Below are positions 1 to 9,794 of a stretch of DNA of 64,000 nucleotides, piece by piece; position 1 is the first letter of the stretch; the number at the start of each line of letters is the position of its first letter. Source of the stretch: an uncultured archaeon (GTDB lineage Archaea > Altiarchaeota > Altiarchaeia > IMC4 > SCGC-AAA252-I15). The stretch spans positions 19,008 to 83,007 of the forward strand of contig CABMCB010000018.1 in assembly GCA_902384455.1 (NCBI GenBank), given 5' to 3'. The notes under the pieces were generated by a model. That model worked only from the letters and a program-made list of their open reading frames with translations. It was not told the origin of the DNA and did not search any database. The position numbers and the translations under genes were made by a program.

Positions 1-946
1 TGAAGTGCAGGTAGCCGGCCAGCCGCCCCAACCCGAACTGGTTTTCCGAATACGCTTTCCTGTATTCGCCGTGTATTAGGCGGCGAAGCCCTGCTTCCAG
101 TTGAGTAAGAGGACCTCCCGCCTCAGGCATAAGCCCCGTCAAGCGCCTGCCCAGGTGAGTGTCTTTGAATGCCGCAACCCATTCTCCTTCGTCTGTTATG
201 CCGCTTTTGAACAAATGCTGGGGCACGTTCACATAGGCGGGTATTACCACCGCATCAAGAGAGTAACCAAGACGCAGCGCCCTAATGTAGTTTAAGACGT
301 TTGTCTTGTCTATCTCAAGGCCGGTGAGATTTCGCGCCGTTTTACCGTCTGAACCCGAAAGATTCGCAGCCTCCTTCCACAGGAGACTGTAGTACAGCCG
401 GTCCAAGGGAAGCGTCGTAGGAGGCATACCGTTCCTGTTTGCGCGGCTTCTGACCGACTCCTCCATAGCTCCGTAATAGATAGTTCCGTCAAGCGCTTTG
501 GCGGCCTCCTCGATTGTTTTCGCTTCGTTTAATGCCGTGATTCGGCCGGAAATTTTTTCGGTTAGAGCGGCTTTAGGCCATCTTGGCTGGGGCGTGCGGC
601 CTTGGTGTATCGCCACGAAGGCGTCCTTTAGGTATTCCACTTCTATGCGGCGGCTTCTTGCGGTGAAGTAGGGTTTTACTTTGTCGGGGGCTATGTCTTC
701 TACGAAGCGGGCGGCTGCAGCAAGGTCTTCTATGAATGCGGCTTCCAACGCGTAGGCGTCAGCTTTTGCTGAAGGTATTTTGGTTCTGTACGGAGTTCCC
801 TCAAGCGCCCGGATGAATTCCGCCATGTTGGATGAGTCCGCAAGCGCCTTTTGCGATTGGGCGGATAGAATCTGGCTTCTTCGCGCGGAAACGCGGGTTG
901 AAGCATACGAGTACGTTATTACTTGGTTGGGGGATAAGGCACCCAT
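1..946 (-). CDS. atpC: V/A-type ATP synthase subunit C (3'-partial, runs off the window start)
   Basis: Not in the ORF track. Manual translation from ATG 946 gives MGALSPNQVITYSYASTRVSARRSQIL...LEGTPY...LDRLYY...LEIDKTNV, typical of subunit C. Directly downstream of subunit H. Confidence 0.85.
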   Translation of the reverse strand, partial: MGALSPNQVITYSYASTRVSARRSQILSAQSQKALADSSNMAEFIRALEGTPYRTKIPSAKADAYALEAAFIEDLAAAARFVEDIAPDKVKPYFTARSRRIEVEYLKDAFVAIHQGRTPQPRWPKAALTEKISGRITALNEAKTIEEAAKALDGTIYYGAMEESVRSRANRNGMPPTTLPLDRLYYSLLWKEAANLSGSDGKTARNLTGLEIDKTNVLNYIRALRLGYSLDAVVIPAYVNVPQHLFKSGITDEGEWVAAFKDTHLGRRLTGLMPEAGGPLTQLEAGLRRLIHGEYRKAYSENQFGLGRLAGYLHF

Positions 947-947
947 T

Positions 948-1256
948 TTACCGTATTTTCGCGAGTATGACGCCGACTGCGGCGTCCATATTCAGGCGGG
1001 CTTTTTTTTCCACGCGCTTGGATTCCGCTTCAGCCTCCTTGCGTATGGATTCGGCGTCGGCTTCCGCTTTTTTCTTGGCGGACGCCTCTTTGGCGTCCCA
1101 TTCCGCCTTGGCTTTGATTTCCGCCTGGTTTATTGCGGCCGTTTTTCGGCTTTTTGTTTCTTCTGTTTTTCGGCGGGATTTCTCTCGTTGCGCTTCTATT
1201 TGCGCTGTGACTTCAGCCTCCACCTTCTTGAGGTATTCGAGGTCGTTTGAGGTCAT
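948..1256 (-). CDS. atpH: V/A-type ATP synthase subunit H/G (peripheral stalk)
   Basis: 102 aa charged coiled coil (E/K/A-rich) ending MDAAVGVILAKI; immediately upstream of subunit C. Confidence 0.7.
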   Translation of the reverse strand: MTSNDLEYLKKVEAEVTAQIEAQREKSRRKTEETKSRKTAAINQAEIKAKAEWDAKEASAKKKAEADAESIRKEAEAESKRVEKKARLNMDAAVGVILAKIR

Positions 1257-2855
1257 TTACCTGTTTTTGACGAGTATTTCTATTGTTTTGGCGTAGGCGG
1301 GCCGTGTTATGAAGACGCCTAGTAGTACGCCGAGTGTTGTGGTGAATGCGAATCCTTTGAGCATTCCTGCGCCTATTGAGAGAAGCGGGAGCATTGCGGA
1401 TATCATTGTGGCGGCTGACACCATGATGATGAATATTGCGCGTCTTATGCGTTCGCCGACGTTGATTATTTTCTCGTGCATCTTCCCTTTCTTGAGGGTT
1501 TCGTCGGTTATGACTATTTGGTTGTCGACTCCTGTTCCTACTGCGGCGATTATTCCGGCTATTGCGGGCAGGTCGAGGTTCCAGTTTATGATGGCTGCGG
1601 CTCCTAGTATTATTATTATTTCGCAGAATCCGGCTATCATTATGGGTATGACTATTACCGGCTGGCGGTAGCGTATCAGAAGTACCAGTCCGACTGTTAT
1701 GAATCCGATTATGGCCGTGAAGAAGCTGTATCTTAGGAACTTGTATCCCAGTGTTGGGGGCGTTGTGGTGCGGGATTCTATCGCCAGTTTTGCGGGTAGG
1801 TTTCCGCTTGTCAGAAGCACCTGGTTCTTCTGTACTTCGGCGCGGGCGGCCTCTATTGTGGTGGCGCCGCCTGTGATTTGGGCGTTGTAGACGCATTCGC
1901 CTTTGGTGTCGAAGTTTAGGCGGGGGCTGCTTTGGAGTCCCGTCAAATCCTGAATCCACTCTTCATACGTCTTGTTTCCTTGCGTCTTGCGCTCCACAAC
2001 GAACCCTGAGTCGGCAACGTAGTTTCTGATTGACTCCGGAAGGTGGTCTTCGTCGTCGCCCATTATGACCCGGTAGAAGCCAGCTTTCTTAAGCTCCAAA
2101 AGCTGCTTCAGAGTCGCGTTTATGTCGCCGTCGTAAGCTACTACCGGAATGGCGCTGCGGTTCTCTAAGACGTCTAAGGCAGTGCCTCCGTAGTATATGT
2201 CGCTTTGGGTTCCTACGCTGCTTATGTTTCCTAGAATGAGGTACGTGCCCGAACTGAAAAGTATGGTTGTGTTGACTGGGCGGTCAATGTATATGTCCAC
2301 TGGCCGGCCGAACTTGCCTGAACCGACTTCTCCGAATCTGCATGCGCCCTCTTTGGTGTGTATGACGGATACGGCCCACTCGTAGCCGGATGTGGTGCGG
2401 CCTATCTGTGTTCCCGTGGGCTTGAGGTCGACTGTTATTTCGTCTCCGAGCACCGCCAGTTGTCCGTCTATGCGTTCTTCGAATCGGGCTTGGCGGCGCA
2501 GTATGTCTTCTATTTGGCCTAGTTGTCCGGGGCTTAGGCCGGCTACTTGGACGATTATGTATTGGTCTCCCCAGGGTCTAACTGGTATGTCTTTGAGTCC
2601 GAAGCTGTTTAGCCGGCTTTCAAGTATTCCTTTCTCCACCGCCATTGTGCTTGCGTCCAGCTGGTTTTCCAGGCGCAGCTGCAGCTGAGTTCCTCCGACG
2701 AAGTCGAGGCCGTAGTCGAGGCCGTTTCCGAATCCTATTGGTTGGTCGGGGTTTAGGCGGGGTATGTTTGAGGCCAGCAGTAGTGAGAGTAGTGTTATGA
2801 TGAGTGCGAATCGTACCTGTAGGCTTTTGAGGACTATGTTTACGGGTAGTTTCAT
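1257..2855 (-). CDS. secD: Protein-export membrane protein SecD
   Basis: GLDFVGGTQL, RLNSFGL, PPTLG and GTGVDNQIVI motifs; multiple C-terminal TM helices. Confidence 0.93.
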   Translation of the reverse strand: MKLPVNIVLKSLQVRFALIITLLSLLLASNIPRLNPDQPIGFGNGLDYGLDFVGGTQLQLRLENQLDASTMAVEKGILESRLNSFGLKDIPVRPWGDQYIIVQVAGLSPGQLGQIEDILRRQARFEERIDGQLAVLGDEITVDLKPTGTQIGRTTSGYEWAVSVIHTKEGACRFGEVGSGKFGRPVDIYIDRPVNTTILFSSGTYLILGNISSVGTQSDIYYGGTALDVLENRSAIPVVAYDGDINATLKQLLELKKAGFYRVIMGDDEDHLPESIRNYVADSGFVVERKTQGNKTYEEWIQDLTGLQSSPRLNFDTKGECVYNAQITGGATTIEAARAEVQKNQVLLTSGNLPAKLAIESRTTTPPTLGYKFLRYSFFTAIIGFITVGLVLLIRYRQPVIVIPIMIAGFCEIIIILGAAAIINWNLDLPAIAGIIAAVGTGVDNQIVITDETLKKGKMHEKIINVGERIRRAIFIIMVSAATMISAMLPLLSIGAGMLKGFAFTTTLGVLLGVFITRPAYAKTIEILVKNR

Positions 2856-3961
2856 TTTTTCTTATGGGTTTTTCTTTCCAGGAAGTACCATCTGAGTAGT
2901 CCTGTGTTTGTGAACCATGTGCATATTATGTCGCCGAACAGGCCGAATATTAGGACGCTGCTTATGCTTTTTAGGGTGGCTATTTGGGTGAGCGTTGATG
3001 AGACTATGTAGACGACGACCATTACTACGATGGTGCATGTGGTCATTGTTAGTCCTGTGACTACTGCGTCGTCCATTATTTCCATTATTTCTCCGCCTTT
3101 GCGTTTGACTACGCGGGTGGTGAGCATTATGTCTGTGTCCACGCTGTATCCGATTATCATGAGTAAGGCGGCTAAGCTTGATGGTTCGAGGGGTATGTGG
3201 AATATGCTCATTGCGCCAAGCGATATGGCCGCGTCGGATACTGCGGATTGCATTACTGCTATGCTTGGGATTATTTCGCGGAAGGCGATGAACACGACGA
3301 TTCCCATGAGGATGAATGATATTATGAGGGCCTTTATTCCTTGGTCGCGGAACGTCTGTCCGAGTGTTGCGCCTACTGTGCGGAGGTTGAAGTTTTTGTA
3401 TTTGACTGTTACGGGTATGTCTGAGTTGTAGTAGAAGTCTAGGGCGCTCTTTAGTTCGTCCCGGTTTATGTCTATGGCCGTTACCGTCATGTTGGGTTGC
3501 GCGTATGAGACGTCGACTTTCGCCTTAAGTCGCGTGTTTAGTTTGTCGGTTAGGTCTCCGGATGGTTCGTGGGGTACTGTGGCGACGGCCGAGTCGAATT
3601 CCTGAAGGTCCCCCAGTATCGGCTGAAGCAGTCCCACGACTTCGGTGTCGTTGACTGTGGATGTGGTGATTATAGTCAGCTTGTTTTTCCCGGAGTCTAC
3701 GTCGAAGCCCTCGTATACTTTTAGTTCAGAGAGGCCTGCGTTGGTGAAAGAGGACTCTATGCTTTTGAGCCCCGCGTCCCCCAGCGGCTTGTCCGTGAGA
3801 ATTTCCATCAGCATTCCGCCCTTGAAGTCTATGCCGAAGTCTAATCCGTGAAACGCAACAATCAGTATTGACAGTATGGTGAAGATCGGCGGGATGGCAG
3901 TCAGCAGCTTGTAGGGGACAACTTTCGTCAAACGCGTGTATAGCCCCTCAGACGAAGACAT
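2852..3961 (-). CDS. secF: Protein-export membrane protein SecF
   Basis: GIDFKGG and IGYSVDTDI motifs; 4-bp overlap with secD. Confidence 0.93.
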   Translation of the reverse strand: MSSSEGLYTRLTKVVPYKLLTAIPPIFTILSILIVAFHGLDFGIDFKGGMLMEILTDKPLGDAGLKSIESSFTNAGLSELKVYEGFDVDSGKNKLTIITTSTVNDTEVVGLLQPILGDLQEFDSAVATVPHEPSGDLTDKLNTRLKAKVDVSYAQPNMTVTAIDINRDELKSALDFYYNSDIPVTVKYKNFNLRTVGATLGQTFRDQGIKALIISFILMGIVVFIAFREIIPSIAVMQSAVSDAAISLGAMSIFHIPLEPSSLAALLMIIGYSVDTDIMLTTRVVKRKGGEIMEIMDDAVVTGLTMTTCTIVVMVVVYIVSSTLTQIATLKSISSVLIFGLFGDIICTWFTNTGLLRWYFLERKTHKKK

Positions 3962-4014
3962 AGGTAATACTTAAGGGCAACGTTTTAAAAATGGTTAATA
4001 CAGGGGTTTTATCC

Positions 4015-4464
4015 ATGCTAAAGAAGGTAATTGTAGGCGGAACATTCGACGGCCTCCACGCAGGCCACCAGCGCATACTTACGGTTGCGGCCGAAGTGGG
4101 TGAATCTGTTATCGTGGGGCTTACGTCTGATGAATTCGCGGGGCGTTTCAGAACCAGATCTCCGTTGCCTTATGCGAAGCGGAAGGCGGCTTTGGAGAAG
4201 TTTCTTGGCAGGTTTAAGAAGCCTCATGAGGTGGTCAAGATTCAGGACAGTTATGGTTTCGCCACTTTGATGGAGGATTTGGAGGCTATTGTGGTCAGCG
4301 AGGAGACTCTTCTTAGGGCTGAGGAAATCAACCACATCCGCTTCAAGAAGGGTCTGCCTAAGCTTGTCATAGTGGTCATTCCTCTTGTTGTCACAGGAAA
4401 CGGCGAGCCAATATCCACGGAGCGCATCAAAAAGGCGGCGGGACGCGGGAAGAAGAGCAGATGA
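4015..4464 (+). CDS. coaD: Phosphopantetheine adenylyltransferase (archaeal type)
   Basis: GGTFDGLHAGH (HxGH), IVVSEET, ISTERI; ATG 4015 preferred over 3991. Confidence 0.88.
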   Translation: MLKKVIVGGTFDGLHAGHQRILTVAAEVGESVIVGLTSDEFAGRFRTRSPLPYAKRKAALEKFLGRFKKPHEVVKIQDSYGFATLMEDLEAIVVSEETLLRAEEINHIRFKKGLPKLVIVVIPLVVTGNGEPISTERIKKAAGRGKKSR

Positions 4465-5102
4465 AAGTTGTCGTTTCTGCGGGCCCCACCCGGGAGTATT
4501 TGGATGACGTGAGGTTTTTGAGTAACGGGAGCAGCGGCAAAATGGGTTATGCGATGGCTGCGGAAGCCGCCAAACGCGGGTTTGATGTTGTGGTTGTTTC
4601 AGGCCCTGTTTCTGTTAAGCCTCCCGCAGATGTTCGCGTCGTATCAGTGTCTTCCGCCGAGCAGATGCATAAGGCTGTGATGAAGGAGGTTAAAGACGCT
4701 GATTATTTCATTTCTGCGGCCGCTGTTTCAGATTTTATGCCGGCGGTTAGGGTTGGTGGGAAGAGGAGTAGCGACGGCGTTTGGACTCTTCGTCTTGTTC
4801 CCACAGTCAAGATTGTTTCGGAGGTTGTTAAGCGTTTTCCTCGCGTTAAAGTTGTGGGCTTTAAGGCGGAGCATGGAGTTTCACAGAAGGAATTGTTAAG
4901 CAGGGCCGGGCGGAGGTTGAGGGAGTATGGGTTGCCGTGGATTGTTGCCAACGACGTTTCAGTTAGCCCTTTTGGAGGAGACTTTACCAAGGTTTGGGTT
5001 TTGGGGGCTGACGGGTCTGTTACTTCCTTTTGCGGAAGGAAACGGGCGGTTGCGTCTCGGGTTTGGGGGGTTCTTCTTTCGGGGGCTCCTCGGCGGAGAT
5101 AG
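4461..5102 (+). CDS. coaB: Phosphopantothenate--cysteine ligase (stand-alone CoaB domain)
   Basis: SAGPTREYLDDVRFLSNGSSGKMG, AAAVSDF, VGFKAE and ANDV motifs of the CoaBC C-terminal domain; no CoaC flavoprotein domain. Confidence 0.85.
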   Translation: MKVVVSAGPTREYLDDVRFLSNGSSGKMGYAMAAEAAKRGFDVVVVSGPVSVKPPADVRVVSVSSAEQMHKAVMKEVKDADYFISAAAVSDFMPAVRVGGKRSSDGVWTLRLVPTVKIVSEVVKRFPRVKVVGFKAEHGVSQKELLSRAGRRLREYGLPWIVANDVSVSPFGGDFTKVWVLGADGSVTSFCGRKRAVASRVWGVLLSGAPRRR

Positions 5103-6960
5103 ATTCTGTTTCGCTTAGCATCTGAGTGAGCGTTTTGACGCCCAAACCGAACTGCTCCTGGTTCAGCATGAGGATTAGAAGTATGCAAAATCCTACCGCG
5201 AAGTTTATGTACTTGTTGTGTTCCCCCAGCACAATCTGGCTTACGCTCGCCTGCGGATGAAGCATCACCAAAAACGAAGTCAAAAACAGCAGAAGACCCA
5301 TGAGGAAGAGCATGTTTTGCCTAAGATTCTTGCGCGGATGGTATATGAGGATTATAACTCCGACCGAAACAAGGATGAGGTAAAGGTAGGCGACGTTGGA
5401 CGTAATCGTGTATCGCCCCACTGAAGCAAGAAGAGTCAGAAACATGACTAACGCCCCGAAGTGGCTTTTGTTGTTAATGATAATTTCAACCATCTTGCGG
5501 GGCAAACGAATCAAGTGAACAAACAAGTCGACAACACCAGCAAACCTCATCTTCTCCCGATAATTGCGGTAAATCAAAACAACCGCCGAAAGCAAAACGC
5601 TCGCCACAAGAAAATTAAGCGGCGTATTGTTGGGGTCCCGATAGAAACCCATGAAAAGGCTAATTGACTCAGCCAAAAGAATGAAGAACAAAGCATCAAC
5701 CTTATTCCTCCAAAACGAAACGAAAAAAGCCTGAAACACATTAGAAGGCAACTTAGCGCTCTTAATAGGAGCCTGCTTCTGGGACTTCTCCACGATTTTA
5801 CGCTCCAAATCAAGAATCCGCCTGCGGCCAGCAGAATTAATCCGGTACACAGCCGAATCCATCCCCTTGTCTTCAATCGTAATCCAATTGTTCGCCTCAA
5901 GGCTTATGGCCCAACTGTCTATCGTTTCAGGTTCGACAGAAAGCAGCCGAGACGCACCTTTCCGGTCTATGACGTTCAGGTTAAGAAGAAGCGCCAAAAG
6001 CTCGTTTCCTGCGATTTTACTGCTTAACACGGCAGTCACCGTCTGCTCTCCCTGCTCAGAGGGCCCCTCAACTTTTTCCCCCTTCTTCTTAACAACTTCA
6101 TGAAGCCCCTCTTTGACTTCTTTAGCTGCCGCCTTAGAAGGCGCTAACGATGCGGCAGAATCAGCCGCCTTGGACGCGGCAGTAATGGGAGCTTCCACCG
6201 CAGCCTTAATCTCCTTATGCTCTGCCGCAGTAGTTTTGCCGCCACCTTCTTCTTTGACCTGCGCCGCATGCTTTTTCTGGGGCGCACTTTTGGGCTTTGC
6301 GCCAAATACGCCCTTAATGCGCGCAAGAAGCGAGGGCCGCACTTTCTTTTCTGCCATGCCCGCAGGAAGGAGCTTTTCTTTTGAGCCTTCAATCAGCAGT
6401 TCTTTTGGGGCTGAAATAAAGACTTTCTTTTCATTTACGGCCGCCTTTTTTGGTTTCTGCGCGGCTTCTTCTGCTGCGGCTTTTTCTTTTTTTGACTCTT
6501 TTTTTTGCGTGAGGTCTATGGGGGTTTCTACTGCTTCCGTTGGGAAATCCCTGAAGTGATTTGCCGGCTTTTTCTGCAGTCCCGAGAAAAGGTGGCTTAT
6601 TCTTGTGGAGAATGACGCGCTTGATGGCTTGGCTTTGGGGGCGGGCGGCATTTGTTGCTCGGCCTTTTTTTCTTCTTCTTCTTTTGCCTCTTTTTTCTTC
6701 GGCTTTTCCTCGGCGGGCTTTTTGTTTTTTTCCGGCGGCTTCTCTTTCTTTGATTCTGGTTTTTGCGCCGTAAGAAGCGGGGTTTCAAGCGCTTCTTCGG
6801 GGAAGTCTCTGTAGCCGGCGGGTTTTTTGCCAAACTGGGGGATTATGTTTCTAAGACGCGCAGATATGGGCGCAGAGGGCCTCTTTGGCTTGGTTGCTTT
6901 AGAAGATGGTTCCGCCTGTTTTTTGGCGTCCTTTTTTTCGGCGCCCTCTCCCGCAGCCAT
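5020..6960 (-). CDS. Hypothetical membrane protein (repetitive K/E/P/A-rich N-terminus, central winged-HTH-like segment, multi-TM C-terminus)
   Basis: 646 aa ORF; duplicated RDFPxEAxETP module; hydrophobic helices in the C-terminal third. Confidence 0.75.
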   Translation of the reverse strand: MAAGEGAEKKDAKKQAEPSSKATKPKRPSAPISARLRNIIPQFGKKPAGYRDFPEEALETPLLTAQKPESKKEKPPEKNKKPAEEKPKKKEAKEEEEKKAEQQMPPAPKAKPSSASFSTRISHLFSGLQKKPANHFRDFPTEAVETPIDLTQKKESKKEKAAAEEAAQKPKKAAVNEKKVFISAPKELLIEGSKEKLLPAGMAEKKVRPSLLARIKGVFGAKPKSAPQKKHAAQVKEEGGGKTTAAEHKEIKAAVEAPITAASKAADSAASLAPSKAAAKEVKEGLHEVVKKKGEKVEGPSEQGEQTVTAVLSSKIAGNELLALLLNLNVIDRKGASRLLSVEPETIDSWAISLEANNWITIEDKGMDSAVYRINSAGRRRILDLERKIVEKSQKQAPIKSAKLPSNVFQAFFVSFWRNKVDALFFILLAESISLFMGFYRDPNNTPLNFLVASVLLSAVVLIYRNYREKMRFAGVVDLFVHLIRLPRKMVEIIINNKSHFGALVMFLTLLASVGRYTITSNVAYLYLILVSVGVIILIYHPRKNLRQNMLFLMGLLLFLTSFLVMLHPQASVSQIVLGEHNKYINFAVGFCILLILMLNQEQFGLGVKTLTQMLSETESISAEEPPKEEPPKPETQPPVSFRKRK

Positions 6961-7026
6961 AAAAGGAATTAGGGGTCGCTGAATATAACTGAGGAAAAAG
7001 CGACCGTACGCTTCCTGAAGGCCGCC

Positions 7027-8118
7027 TTATGGCAGCAGGTTGCCGCTGTTGATTTTCTCTGGTAGGTATTCTTCGGCTACGAACTCCAAGCTTTTGCTGG
7101 CGAGCGCCTGCTGCTCAATCCTCACGCCTTTGTCCGTCATGAGTTTGAGCTGCTCGCGCCACTCCTTCTTCTGGAACCACGGGTACATCAATAGCTCGTT
7201 TATTCTCTTCTTGTCCAGGTCCTTCAGCTTCTCCGTCACCTTCTCCAGGCCGTAAGTGTCTATGTCCGTCATGGTCATGCCGACGTACCTGGCTTCGGGG
7301 GTTCCAAGCCGGAGGCTTTCGTGGGCTAACGCCATGCTTCCTGCTTTAACGACGCTATAAATGTAGTACCCCCATGGGTCTCCGTCTGTGAATACGATTA
7401 TGGGGAGCTTCTTTTCCTTGTGGATTCGGTTCACCAGGCGGCGGCATCCGCGGGCGGCCTGACCTTTGGTGGAAATCATGATGCAGTTGTTTTTAGTGTG
7501 GTATTTCTCTTCGACTAGGCGGTCGAACATGGCGGCCGTCTCTATGACTAGCACGTATTCTGCTTTCACGTCCTTGAATTTGTAGTGCTCGACTATGCTT
7601 GGTATGGCTAGTCCGCTTCTGCCTAGTTTGTTGCAGTCTATGAAGTCTCCGCTGTCTTCTATGACTATGTTTCCTATTATCGTCCCTTTGTCGTCGGCCT
7701 TGAGGTGGAGTTCTTCCCTTAGCACTTCGAGGCTTGTTTCCAGGTCGACGATAAGCGGGTCGCTTTCGCTTTGGTCTTCGAAAGTGTTTTCCTTTGTGTT
7801 GGCGATTGTGTGCTTCAGCTGGTAATACAACTCTCTGATGCTGGCGGTCTTGTCGCGTTCCACAAGCTCCTTCGCCTTGCCGGCGATAATCATCGTCTGC
7901 ATGAACTTTCGGCTGTGAGCGAGGTTCAAGAAGTTTCTGCTGCTCTTCTTGTCGCCCAGACGCAGAAGATTCTCAGTCTTGTCGAAGACTACGTTGTTTA
8001 GGCCGCGCTGCGGCACCTTCATTTTTGGGGCTTTGCCGGCGTGTACGTCTGCTGTTATTTCCTCGCCTAGTCCCTTGAGTTTTGATACGACTTCCTTCCT
8101 TCGTTTTTGCATGTCCAT
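7027..8118 (-). CDS. top6A: DNA topoisomerase VI subunit A
   Basis: SIRELYY (catalytic Tyr), Toprim VIET and TDGDPWG motifs. Confidence 0.96.
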   Translation of the reverse strand: MDMQKRRKEVVSKLKGLGEEITADVHAGKAPKMKVPQRGLNNVVFDKTENLLRLGDKKSSRNFLNLAHSRKFMQTMIIAGKAKELVERDKTASIRELYYQLKHTIANTKENTFEDQSESDPLIVDLETSLEVLREELHLKADDKGTIIGNIVIEDSGDFIDCNKLGRSGLAIPSIVEHYKFKDVKAEYVLVIETAAMFDRLVEEKYHTKNNCIMISTKGQAARGCRRLVNRIHKEKKLPIIVFTDGDPWGYYIYSVVKAGSMALAHESLRLGTPEARYVGMTMTDIDTYGLEKVTEKLKDLDKKRINELLMYPWFQKKEWREQLKLMTDKGVRIEQQALASKSLEFVAEEYLPEKINSGNLLP

Positions 8119-8121
8119 TGT

Positions 8122-9774
8122 TTAAGCCTCCTTGTCCTCCACGAAGGTTTCCTGCGGCAGCTCCTCTTCAGAGCCCTCCTCCATTTCCTGCTCCAAATCC
8201 TCCATGCGCAGTTTCTCGCGGATGAGGTGGTCGAGGGCCTTAAGCAGCTTGGGGGAATCCCCGTCTTTCTCTATCAGCCTTGCGAGCGCCGGCGCCAGCT
8301 CTGTGCTGTACTTGAGTAGGGTGTTGAGTTTCGCCTCCTTCTCTATCTCATGACGCATGTGGCTGTGGTATAGCTGGAACTTTCTGCCTACGTCCATCAA
8401 AGCGAACCTTATTTCCTTGACGACTTCCTCGTCTGAGGCCACACTTTGCTTTCCTGCGCTAGTATAGGGGACGTGGGTGGAAACGAGGTTTACGACCAAA
8501 GTCACGGGGCTGTTTTCGAAGTCCTTTATGTCGTAGCGCTTCCAGTCGATGCTTTGGACGGCTTCGGTCAAGGCGCACCCTCCCGCGTCAAACAACAGCG
8601 GCGCGCGGTTGGCGAACCTCATGACCTCGGACTTGGTCTGGCCGTCGCCAAGTATCCGCCCTGCTTTTCCGCCGTATGCTATGGCGACTTCCACCTGGAA
8701 GGGTATTCCGCCCGAGTGAACAGTCGGCTTTCTTGTGACGACGGCCTCGAATTCGGGTTCGAGCACGTTGAGTATTGACTTGCGGATTATTTCCTCCCCC
8801 AAAGGAGACAGTCCTTCTGTGGGCGGAGCCATGAACTCCACTTTTTCGAAGGCTTTTACTATTTCTTCGGCTTCCGCCCACTGGAGCCTGTGGGGGTTCT
8901 TTTTCATGTCGAAGTTTACGAGCTCCTGGATTTCCGCGACTTTCGCCGCGCTTATGCGGGAGAAGTCGCTCATCAAGAAGCTGCTGACGCGCCTTGCCTC
9001 AGTCACCTTCGCTAGCGTAATGAACTGGTCCACATCCATCCCCTTAGGATGCTGCTTTTGAGGCTGAGGCGGCTTTATGACTGTGTTTGTGGCGCGGTTG
9101 AATATCGTCTTCCTGCCTTCAGGGTCGATGAACACTATTTTGGCGTGCGGGTTGGCGACTGCTGTGCGCCGTATGTACTCGTAAGGGCCGCCTTCGCGCA
9201 AAGTGAACTGGACTCCTTTGACTTCGCCTTCAAGTTCGGTTCCCCGCCAGTACTCCGAGTATGTGCCGGTTTCGATTATGTCGGCTTTGTTTTTTGAGAC
9301 GTCTATGAGGAGCTTTATGTCGTTGACTGTGCCGTCGCCGGTGCTTGTGCGTATGCGCATGGGCTTGCCGGTGGTCATCTGGCAGTACAGGGTTACTCCC
9401 GCGACGCCTATTCCCTGTTGGCCCCTTAGTTGCACGTTTCTGTGGAATTTTGTTCCCGCAAGCATCTGGCCGAATACGCCTTCTATGTGTTTGCGCGGTA
9501 TGCCTGGGCCGTTGTCTTGGCATATGAAGCGGTAGTGGTCTTCGCCCATTTGTTTGATTTCGACTGTGACTTCGGGCAGTATTCCGGCTTCTTCGCATGC
9601 GTCTAGGCTGTTTGTGACTACTTCGTGTATTATGGTGGTGAGGCTTCTTAGTTTGCCGGCGTATCCGAGGTGGGCTTTGTTTTTCCTGAAGAATTCGGTT
9701 ACTGAGACTTCTCTGAACTCCTCGAACAGTTTGTCTGCGCTTTTGACTGGTATCGTTTCTTCTGCTTCCGCCAT
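8122..9774 (-). CDS. top6B: DNA topoisomerase VI subunit B
   Basis: GHKL motifs EVVTNSLDA, DNGPGI, RGQQGIG; RFANRAPLLF; VPYTSAGKQS. Confidence 0.96.
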   Translation of the reverse strand: MAEAEETIPVKSADKLFEEFREVSVTEFFRKNKAHLGYAGKLRSLTTIIHEVVTNSLDACEEAGILPEVTVEIKQMGEDHYRFICQDNGPGIPRKHIEGVFGQMLAGTKFHRNVQLRGQQGIGVAGVTLYCQMTTGKPMRIRTSTGDGTVNDIKLLIDVSKNKADIIETGTYSEYWRGTELEGEVKGVQFTLREGGPYEYIRRTAVANPHAKIVFIDPEGRKTIFNRATNTVIKPPQPQKQHPKGMDVDQFITLAKVTEARRVSSFLMSDFSRISAAKVAEIQELVNFDMKKNPHRLQWAEAEEIVKAFEKVEFMAPPTEGLSPLGEEIIRKSILNVLEPEFEAVVTRKPTVHSGGIPFQVEVAIAYGGKAGRILGDGQTKSEVMRFANRAPLLFDAGGCALTEAVQSIDWKRYDIKDFENSPVTLVVNLVSTHVPYTSAGKQSVASDEEVVKEIRFALMDVGRKFQLYHSHMRHEIEKEAKLNTLLKYSTELAPALARLIEKDGDSPKLLKALDHLIREKLRMEDLEQEMEEGSEEELPQETFVEDKEA

Positions 9775-9794
9775 GATAAATTGCCTCTAAATAG

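Noticed and set aside
1-780. Apparent ORF-poor, GC-rich region that could be an RNA gene
   Set aside because: It is the open minus-strand frame of ATPase subunit C, missed by the track because its stop lies outside the window
6974-7005. Inverted repeat GGTCGCT...AGCGACC around a TATA-like box, with the same arms as one hairpin at 13896
   Set aside because: Only 7 bp with a long spacer and opposite arm order; compatible with chance
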